A DNA stretch of 7,011 nucleotides, taken from positions 1-7,011 of the forward strand of contig NW_021829116.1 in the NCBI RefSeq assembly GCF_006345805.1. Direction: 5' to 3'. Within the stretch, counting starts at the first letter, position 1. The number at the start of each line of letters is the position of its first letter. Shown here piece after piece: positions 1-7,011 of the stretch. The DNA comes from Octopus sinensis. Taxonomy: Eukaryota. The notes under the pieces are model-generated. The model had not been told where the DNA came from. It made no database searches and saw nothing but the letters and a program-made list of their open reading frames with translations. The position numbers and the translations under genes are program-made.

Positions 1-594
1 CTTTCTTTTAGTTTCCGTAATTGTTCCTTTTCCATTTTTTCCCTCATTCTTTCTCTTAACGGTTTCCCAACCCTCATTCCTCGAATAATTACTTTTGTCA
101 TTATTATTTATTTTCTTTCGCGTTATTCTTTACATTTTTGTTATTGCTTTTTTATTTTATTTTTTTATATATTTCATTATTCTCATTATTTTTTATCTAT
201 CATTCCTCACATTTCTTTTATTTTTATTTATATTTTGTTTGTTTTGTTTTTCCCTTTTACCTTTTTACTTTGCGTCATCACATCTACCTACGTTATTCTT
301 TCTATTTAAAGAACCCAGCAGAAAATATGTTTGTTCACGTAAAGTACCTGCTGGAACCCTTCTTCTTCTTCTCCTCTCTCTCTCTCTCTCTCTTCTTCTT
401 TTACTACTACCACTACTACTACTATTGCTACTTTTTTCTGCTATTTCTTTTGTTTAATGCGTAATAAACTGGAAGTACTCCCAAATACAAACGTTATATT
501 TTGTAATATAACATTCTTCGCTCTCGAAGAGCCTTTTCAAAAGCTTTTATTCTCTCTGTCACTACGTTGTAATCTATTTGCTTCTCTCTGTCTG

Positions 595-634
<40 letters not shown>

Positions 635-700
635 ACTCTATCTATGTATCTATCTGTCTGTCTCTCTCATTTTCTCTGTCTCTTTTTACCAGCCCCTATT
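1..700. repeat. Pyrimidine-rich low-complexity tract with embedded (CTT)n, (CT)n at ~374-393 and ~596-631, and (CTA)n at ~402-424
   Basis: Directly visible T/C-rich sequence with pure CT dinucleotide runs. Confidence 0.9.
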
Positions 701-718
701 CACGTCTCTGTCTTTCAA

Positions 719-900
719 CGTATGTATGCATACATACAAGCATATATATATACATATGTTTGTATATGTGGGTGTATGTGTTTGTGTATGTGTGTGTGTA
801 TGTGTGCATGTACAAATGTATGTTATGTACATGTAGAAATATATATATATATACATATATATATTATAATATATATATATGTATGTATGTATGTATGTAT
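719..900. repeat. Compound imperfect (TG)/(TA)/(TATG) microsatellite
   Basis: Alternating purine-pyrimidine runs: tatgtatg, tgtgtgtg, atatatat. Confidence 0.9.
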
Positions 901-999
901 TGTTGACGTTGTATACACATATTCCAAATGTTTTCCTCTCTGTTTGTATATATCGATCTATTTATCTATCTTTCTGTTTTTGTCTTTCCTCACACTCCA

Positions 1000-1199
1000 T
1001 ACACATATTCGATCTCGCACGCACACACATACACACATATGCACAGACATTCCTACACGCACGTACACACACACAGATAAATGCATGCAACACATATGCA
1101 CACACGAACACATTCGATCATCGTGTGTGTGTGTCTATCTGTGTGTGTATGTGTGTGTGTGTATGTGTGTATGTGTGTGTGTGTGTGCAAGTGTGTGTG
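1000..1199. repeat. Imperfect (CA)n tract (~1000-1112) followed directly by an imperfect (TG)n tract (~1123-1199)
   Basis: Directly visible switch from cacacacatacac to gtgtgtgtatgtgtg around 1113-1122. Confidence 0.9.
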
Positions 1200-1229
1200 G
1201 AAAGCAGGTGAGTGCGAAGATTAGCTATA

Positions 1230-1490
1230 CATAAAATAGAAGAAAAAAATACGAAAAAATTTCATGTAAAAAAAAATAACAAAAAATGCAAGATAGAATA
1301 TGGGAGAAGGGAAGAATAGAGAGAGGGAGAGACAAAAACAATGAGAATCTGTAATGGTAATCAAAGGATAGGAAAAAATAAAATATAGGAACTAAAATAA
1401 AATACAACAGATAAGATAAGAAAAAAAGTGCAAATCAAAGAGATCAAGACACAATGAACATAGAAATAGACAAGAAACAAAACCAAACAA
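1230..1490. repeat. Purine-rich (A/G) low-complexity tract
   Basis: A-runs and GA-rich sequence with very few pyrimidines. Confidence 0.8.
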
Positions 1491-1895
1491 CCCTATTTGA
1501 GATTGTAAACGTGCTTGACAAATAATGAGAAACAATACAAGTTTGTTTAAAATGTGAAATTTCCATACTTGTGATTCCGTTTGCTTAAGATAAAAAAGGA
1601 GGGAAAGCAAAATAAAAATTAAGATCGGACTGTGGACTGTGTTTCTGCACAAATACGAGACAACTCTGCGTCGTCGCTGCATCGCTGCATACACAAATAA
1701 GATACAAGAGAAGACTTGCATATACACAAATAAGATAGGACTGTCGGTGCACAAACAAGACATGACTAATAATATACAAGGGTATATGTATATATATAGG
1801 TAGATAGATATGTATATGATGTACAATATACAAAAGATGACTGCTTATACGTAAACGAGAATTGACTACGTACACACATTTGTACTATAGAGGAC

Positions 1896-2262
1896 TATGC
1901 ACACACAGACATACACACATACACACGCACACAGGTACACATAGAGACGCATGTACAGATACACACACACATACACACGCACACAGGTACACATAGAGAC
2001 ACATGCACAAGCACACAAGCATTCACACAAACAAATACAAGATGGCGGACGGCTATTAAAATGAGGGGGAATAACGCTCACACTGAGCAAAGAAAGATGC
2101 GCATACACAAACAAAAGCAGACATACGTAAGCAAAAATATGCACATAGACTACGCGTATACATATGCGTATACACTCAGACATACATGCATATACATATA
2201 CATACAGGTACGCATATGTGTGCACACATACACTCATATGTACACAAATGCATGTATGCATG
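1896..2262. repeat. Imperfect (CA)n/(CATA)n microsatellite field with an internal 52-bp-period duplication
   Basis: The 36-mer acacacatacacacgcacacaggtacacatagagac occurs exactly at 1913-1948 and 1965-2000. A short unique stretch (~2040-2100) interrupts the field. Confidence 0.85.
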
Positions 2263-2509
2263 CATCGAGAAATCAATCAGAAACAAAAGACAGGCTTTAG
2301 AAAACAAGGACTAAGTGTTATTTTAATTCAAATAGCTTTGTACTTCAAACTCTATTTTTCTCAATTGGCTCTTGAGCTGAGCGCGGGAGTAGGAGTAGGA
2401 ATGAGTGTGGGAGTGGGAGCGGCGATAACAACAGAAGGACTGCAAAAGCAAAATGGCGGCGACAACGACATTTTTTTGCTTAAATATTTTGGCGAGAATC
2501 CAATTCAAC

Positions 2510-2621
2510 TGATGATAACAAACAGCTACAACTACAACAACCACAGCAGCAACAAAGACAAAAACAAAGACAACGACAACAACAACAATAATAACAACAA
2601 TAATAATAATAACAATAATAA
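2510..2621. repeat. (AAC)n/(AAT)n trinucleotide microsatellite
   Basis: Runs such as aacaacaataataacaacaataataat; this is the source of the poly-Asn in ORF 2164..2643. Confidence 0.9.
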
Positions 2622-2959
2622 TTTTTTTAAATGTTCGACGTAGTTGTAAAGACTTAGTGATGCTTAGGATTATTGAGCTAACGATAAATACGATGGCAGG
2701 ACAAACTTATGAAATGTCTGCCTTAATCGGTTTTCTTGAAATCTTTTTTATTACTTTTTCTGTTTTCGTTTTTTTTTTTTTGGGGGGGGGGGGTATTCTT
2801 CATTTGTTTGTATTTTGTTGTTGTTGTTTTTGTTGTTAATGCTGATGATGTTGCTTTTAATATTCGTTTATTTGCTTTAATTTTTTTTTTTGGTTCTTAC
2901 ATTTTTAACCAGCTTCCTAAGAGGATGATGTAATAAGACAAAAGAAAACATTAATGAGC

Positions 2960-2960
<1 letters not shown>

Positions 2961-3000
<40 letters not shown>

Positions 3001-3021
3001 TAATAATAATAATAATAATAA

Positions 3022-3057
<36 letters not shown>

Positions 3058-3130
3058 GCGATGACGTCGAGGAGATTGGTGATGATGATGATAATGGTGA
3101 TGGCGACGACGATGACGGTGATGACGGTGG
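2961..3130. repeat. Compound trinucleotide microsatellite: (AAT)n at 2961-3021, (ATG)12 at 3022-3057, then a degenerate GAT/GGT/GAC tail
   Basis: Directly visible; this is the source of the poly-His/Ile/Leu in ORF 2917..3162 (-). Confidence 0.95.
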
Positions 3131-3186
3131 GGGTAAATTTTGGAAATTATTAGATAAAACACTTATTAAAAGATGTTATTCTTTTT

Positions 3187-3231
3187 ATATGTATGTATAT
3201 ATGTATGTGTATGTATGTACCACCACACACC

Positions 3232-3279
<48 letters not shown>

Positions 3280-3305
3280 TATATATATATATATATACAT
3301 ATATT
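3187..3305. repeat. (TATG)n/(CA)/(TA)n microsatellite
   Basis: A pure TA run at ~3239-3272 and a second at ~3279-3296. Confidence 0.9.
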
Positions 3306-3556
3306 ATTAAAATTTGATGAAAATTCACTTTGCTCGTGAAAGACAGAAAAAATAACGCTCTTAAAATATTTGATTTGTATTTTATTTGTGTTGTTTTTAT
3401 GTTCTCTCATTCTTTCGTGCCTTCGTTGTTTCTTTCTCTCTTTTTTTTTTCCTTTGATTATGTTATTATGTTTCCATTCTCTTCTTGAGAGTTAGCAACA
3501 GTTTCAGAGTGCGAAATTCTATTTCTCACAATCGTTGTAAATCACGTCAAACATGA

Positions 3557-3703
<147 letters not shown>

Positions 3704-3732
3704 CTAAAAGTGCACTTCTTAAAAAAGTTCAA

Positions 3733-3860
3733 AAGAAGTTTGCTTTCCAGCCTCATAGTTCCATGATTCCGGATTCAGTCCTACAGCATGACACATTGGG
3801 CAAGTGTCCTCTACTCGGGCCAAGTAAAACCCTTATGAGTGGATTTGGTAGAAACCCGTT
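3733..3860 (+). mobile_element. Diverged tRNA-derived CORE-type SINE, 5' part (head plus core), plus strand
   Basis: Aligns colinearly with the reverse complement of 4490-4637, sharing the exact blocks TTCAGTCC (3774-3781), GGGCAAGTGTC (3798-3808) and GATTTGGTAGA (3842-3852). It has a B-box-like GGATTCAGTCC at 3771-3781, and TTGGGCAAGT resembles the MIR/CORE motif GACCTTGGGCAAGT. Assignment to the octopus SINEs is from recall. Confidence 0.8.
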
Positions 3861-3930
3861 TATATATATATATATATATATATATATTAATATATATATA
3901 TATTATATTATATATTATTATAGTATATAT
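3861..3930. repeat. (TA)n microsatellite, imperfect toward its 3' end
   Basis: Directly visible. Confidence 0.95.
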
Positions 3931-3935
3931 TCACA

Positions 3936-4006
3936 CAACTGCAGGGTGGAAGGTGTTTATGCGTTTTTAAATGGCTTATTTATAAAGACCTTCCACGCTG
4001 CAATTG
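3936..4006. repeat. Inverted repeat/hairpin: 25-bp arms (22/25 paired) with a 21-nt loop; probably a remnant of a palindromic (MITE-like) repeat extending to ~4066
   Basis: Left arm 3936-3960 is caactgcagggtggaaggtgtttat. The reverse complement of the right arm (3982-4006) is caattgcagcgtggaaggtctttat. Confidence 0.85.
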
Positions 4007-4064
4007 TTTTTGCTTCAGATTAGTTTCCTCAGATCAAGTCACTTGCTATGCAATAACATCTCCA

Positions 4065-4067
<3 letters not shown>

Positions 4068-4145
<78 letters not shown>
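4068..4145. repeat. (TA)n microsatellite
   Basis: Nearly pure TA run with one aa interruption at ~4121. Confidence 0.97.
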
Positions 4146-4208
4146 GGATGTATGTATTTATGTACGTACGTACGTTGTATGTAAGTGACGGATGTATATC
4201 TGTGCCTC

Positions 4209-4209
<1 letters not shown>

Positions 4210-4254
<45 letters not shown>

Positions 4255-4276
4255 CGACTGTGTGTGTCTATGTGTC
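4210..4276. repeat. (TG)n microsatellite with a short (CG)n segment
   Basis: About 18 TG units followed by cgcgcgtgcg and then degenerate tg repeats. Confidence 0.95.
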
Positions 4277-4282
4277 TTTTAC

Positions 4283-4444
4283 CGAAATTAGCGATTCGGC
4301 AAAAGTAATCGACGGAATAAGTACCAGGCTCTAAAACATTAGGTACTGAGTACTGAAGTCCAATCGTTCGACTAAAATTCCTCGAGGCGGTACTCCAGCA
4401 TGACCGCAGTCTCATAACTGAAGCAAGTGAAAGATAAAAAGATA
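4283..4444 (+). mobile_element. Probable 3' domain/tail of an octopus SINE, plus strand
   Basis: The blocks ttagcgattcggcaaaag, gaataagtaccaggct and ggcggtactccagcatgaccgcagtc...aagtgaaagataaaaaga match my recollection of the 3' half of an abundant Octopus SINE, and the segment ends in an A-rich tail. There is no second copy in the window to confirm this. Confidence 0.6.
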
Positions 4445-4489
4445 CTAAACGCGTAATTCGTAAAAGAACACGCGTGTGTGTGTGTGTGT

Positions 4490-4637
4490 ATGAGCTTCTT
4501 TCAGTTTCCATCTACCAAATCTACTCACAGGACTTTGGTGGTCCCGAGGCTATAGTAAAAGACACTTGCCCGAGGTGTCACGCAGTGGGACTGAAGCCGG
4601 AACCGTGCGGTTGGTAAGCAAGCTACTTACCACGCAG
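4490..4637 (-). mobile_element. tRNA-derived CORE-type SINE, 5' part (head plus core), minus strand
   Basis: The sense strand reads ctgcgtggtaagtagcttgcttaccaaccgcacggttccggcttcagtcccactgcgtgacacctcgggcaagtgtc... It has a tRNA D-loop-like GTGGTAAG, a B-box-like GCTTCAGTCCC (plus strand 4587-4597) and a CORE-like CACCTCGGGCAAGTG. It is homologous to 3733-3860 and abuts a short (GT)n at ~4473-4489. Confidence 0.85.
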
Positions 4638-4774
4638 AACTTAACTTTTTGAGTTTCTCTTATTCACCCACAGTCCTGTATATGGTTCAATTTTTTTATT
4701 TACAGAAAAAATTAAGACTGGTTTATTTTCATACTTTATATTACTATTGTAGGTGAGAGAGGGCGAAAATTAAT

Positions 4775-5094
4775 CAGATATTTCTTTAGTTTGCCGGGCA
4801 TGTGACCCCCTAGGAGTCCATATAAGATTTTTAGAGATCCATGCTACCAAAATAGTTAGAGATCCACCGTAGTGTTTTAAGGGTCCATGCAAAGTTCTGA
4901 TTTAAATACATGCATTACAAGAAACATCTACGTTTCGTTCTCTAACATTTTACGTATTTCACTCTTTTGCAGGTAAATGAAGGATTAACAAAATAGAAAT
5001 TTTGAAAGAAATGTCTATCTAAGAAATTAGTTTTTAAGCATCGAATGGCTCAGGAGGTCCACCAGAATAGTAAATAAAGGGGTGAAAACTACTG
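4775..5094. mobile_element. Decayed non-autonomous hAT-like DNA transposon (MITE)
   Basis: The right end GGTGAAAACTACTG (5081-5094) resembles the reverse complement of a CAGTGGTTCTCAAC-type hAT terminal inverted repeat. A GG/GA-TCCA motif recurs at 4813, 4834, 4859, 4881 and 5053, including an exact 11-mer ttagagatcca at 4831 and 4856. The left TIR and an 8-bp TSD are not recognisable, so the left boundary is approximate. Confidence 0.45.
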
Positions 5095-5392
5095 GTCGAG
5101 GAGCTCCCTTCGCGTTTCTCAATTTTGGTTTGTGATGTAAAAGAGTTAATTGAACAATTTCCCTTTGGCAAAGTCTTTTGTAAACAGAATTCCCAAATCT
5201 AACGCATTAATCCCCTTCTTTTCCCAGTTACGTGACTTGCGACAGTTTAACTTAGATGATCTTCTAACAGATAAAGAGAAATTATGGAAAACAACAGGCG
5301 TATCAACTCTTGTAGCTTGTAGATCGCACTTAAACGAATCGATAAAAGGGGAAAACACTATGATTGTTTACTGAAGGACTTTGCTGTTTCAG

Positions 5393-5569
5393 ACACTCAA
5401 ACATACAAACACGCAGTCAGGCATACATACGCACGTGTATGTGTCGTCTGCGTATGTACATGTGCACGTGTGTGTGTGTGCGTGTACGTGTGCGTGTATG
5501 TGTGTGTGTGTGTGTGTAGTGTGTGTGTGTACGTGTCTGTGTGTATGTGTGTGTGTGTGTGCGTGTGTG
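5393..5569. repeat. Imperfect CA-rich then (TG)n/(CGTG) microsatellite
   Basis: Directly visible alternating purine-pyrimidine sequence. Confidence 0.9.
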
Positions 5570-5589
5570 GTCACAGAAATGGCCAAGAA

Positions 5590-5640
5590 GTTCGCACCGC
5601 CAAAAACGGAATTCCGTATTCGATCCTCGCGCCTGCGCAG
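5590..5640. promoter_or_regulatory. Short CpG-dense segment with NRF1-like, E2F-like and palindromic motifs (putative regulatory element)
   Basis: Eight CpGs in 50 nt. Motifs are GCGCCTGCGCA (5629-5639), CCGCCAAA (5597-5604; TTTGGCGG on the minus strand) and the perfect palindrome ACGGAATTCCGT (5606-5617). This is motif matching only. Confidence 0.25.
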
Positions 5641-5732
5641 CATAATGGGGATTATTTCTTTTATTGTTGTTGTTGCGAGTGAGGGCTGTGAGTGAAATTT
5701 GCTTGAAGAAAAACACATGCAAACATCTGTCA

Positions 5733-5797
5733 TATGTATGTGTGTGTGTGTATGCGCGTATGTGTGCGTGCGTGTATATACAGACGCACGTATACAT
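5733..5797. repeat. Imperfect (TG)/(TA) microsatellite
   Basis: Directly visible. Confidence 0.85.
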
Positions 5798-5873
<76 letters not shown>

Positions 5874-5874
5874 C

Positions 5875-5955
<81 letters not shown>

Positions 5956-5964
5956 GATAGATTT

Positions 5965-6042
<78 letters not shown>
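5798..6042 (+). repeat. (GATA)n tetranucleotide array, ~60 units, with a (GACA)4 block at ~5857-5872 and small interruptions near 5955-5965
   Basis: Directly visible. Confidence 0.98.
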
Positions 6043-7011
6043 GTGTGTAAGTTACTTGTCGGACAGAAATCGCAGTATTTCAGTGTCAAGTCATGTTTTC
6101 CGATGATTATAACTAAATGCCTTAATTAGATTTTGTCTTGTTTTTCTTTAACAACGAAGTTCTTTTCTGTTTAAATGGCGGCGGTGGGGTAGATTTCTTA
6201 GCAACGCGACCGAGTGACTACGATCACTTGAAGGGCTCTCTTCATTGCCTTGCTATGTCTTTCCTTGATTTTTATTTTATTTCCAGACAGATCCTGATGT
6301 GCGCTTTATGGGACATTCGTAACTCTGTCTACGAGATAAAACGACTACTTAAAAGCTCTTTCATTGAACTTACTTTTTGTTGGTTTATTACGTTTTGCTG
6401 TCTTCCTGGGGGATTTTTGTCCTCTTATATTGTCGACAACATCGCTAATAGCCTTCAAGCCTACTTTTTCTTTCTTTCTGCACAACCTTTATAAGGTGTT
6501 CTGTTCATTAATAATCACTTGGAAATGCTAACAATTAATAATTCGAAAGAAAACATGGAGGAAAAGTAATTTTCAAGGGGACATAATTCTAGGGAAATAA
6601 ATAACACCAAAAATAAATGAAAAATAAAGAAAACAAGATGGCGAATATCTTCAATGCATGTACTGAAATTAATATGAAAATATCTCAAGCATTTGGTGTA
6701 ACAACAGGATTACATTTGGAATGAAGAAAAGATGAAATATGATAAACAGCATCGTAAAGTTTTTATTCAGTTAGTATAGTAAATAGTTTGGGTTGTGAGG
6801 ATGGGTGAACAGAACTGGAGCCCAGGGTAGCTGTGACGTATTAACGGAAATGTTTATAGTACTAATTGAACCAATCCCATTATACAATAATAAAGCACTG
6901 AATACAGCGAAATGCGTTGATAATGAACTACGTAAAGTAAGAAGTATTGTCTCTACTGAGAGTTGCTTTTGGCATTGATTTCAAAGGAGGAATTTCAAAT
7001 AAGACACCGTA

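Noticed and set aside
315-354. 7-bp inverted repeat ccagcag / ctgctgg
   Set aside because: Too short for its 26-nt spacer; expected by chance.
692-724. Possible 27-nt microexon (ttaccag|ccc...aac|gtatgt)
   Set aside because: The splice signals are supplied by the flanking CT and TATG microsatellites, and the peptide is uninformative.
95-1234. ORFs 95..457, 138..464, 457..906, 578..1234 and 879..1211
   Set aside because: They are translations of T-rich, (CT)n, (TG)n and (TA)n sequence giving LSLS/CVCV/YIYI peptides; simple repeats lack stops by chance.
1646-1762. Regularly spaced short repeats superficially like a CRISPR array
   Set aside because: Only two exact 15-nt copies, the spacers are related to each other, there are no cas genes, and the context is eukaryotic.
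2385-2420. G-quadruplex candidate in the GGAGTR hexamers
   Set aside because: Only three GGG tracts are present, which is not enough for a canonical three-tier G4.
2164-2643. 159-aa ORF with GVGVG and poly-Asn
   Set aside because: It is built from CA, GGAGTR and AAC/AAT repeats, with no recognisable domain or splice framework.
2769-2793. T13 directly followed by G12, a terminator- or G4-like run
   Set aside because: Homopolymer slippage products common in such genomes, and prone to sequencing error.
2917-3162. His-rich minus-strand ORF suggesting a metal-binding peptide
   Set aside because: It is simply the reverse complement of the (ATG)n/(AAT)n microsatellite.
4343-4356. Tandem 7-mer gtactga x2, and the (GTAC)n palindrome at ~4162-4175
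   Set aside because: Small slippage duplications within repeat sequence.
4560-4637. tRNA-like A/B-box sequence
   Set aside because: It is a SINE head; no cloverleaf or acceptor stem can be formed, so it is not called as a tRNA gene.
5381-5797. ORFs overlapping the 5.4-5.8 kb region, including [24 protein letters not shown]...
   Set aside because: Mostly TG/CA repeat translation; the unique part is short, unrecognised and lacks a polypyrimidine acceptor.
6638-6978. Short complex-looking frames near the end (MANIFNAC..., DYIWNEEKMKYDKQH..., GWVNRTGAQG...CFWH)
   Set aside because: Each is about 60 codons or fewer and bounded by stops, with no recognisable homology and no consistent acceptor/donor pair; possibly decayed TE sequence.

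Overview
AT-rich eukaryotic non-coding DNA (intron or intergenic), with a large fraction made of microsatellite and low-complexity sequence: (CT)n, (CA/TG)n, (TA)n, (AAT)n, (ATG)n, (AAC)n and two long (GATA)n arrays. A cluster of short interspersed repeats lies at about 3.7-5.1 kb. It contains two diverged, oppositely oriented copies of a tRNA-headed CORE-type SINE, a probable SINE 3' domain, a 71-nt hairpin and a decayed hAT-like MITE. These repeats resemble ones I remember from Octopus genomes, so a coleoid cephalopod origin is likely; this is recall, not a database result. No protein-coding gene is supported, and nearly all listed ORFs are translations of simple repeats. There is no CRISPR array, rRNA, intact tRNA or prokaryotic system, and I cannot support a new biological system here. 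The best leads are the hairpin, the inverted SINE pair (possible dsRNA/ADAR substrate), a short CpG-dense motif cluster at about 5.6 kb, and a few low-confidence splice or promoter signals.
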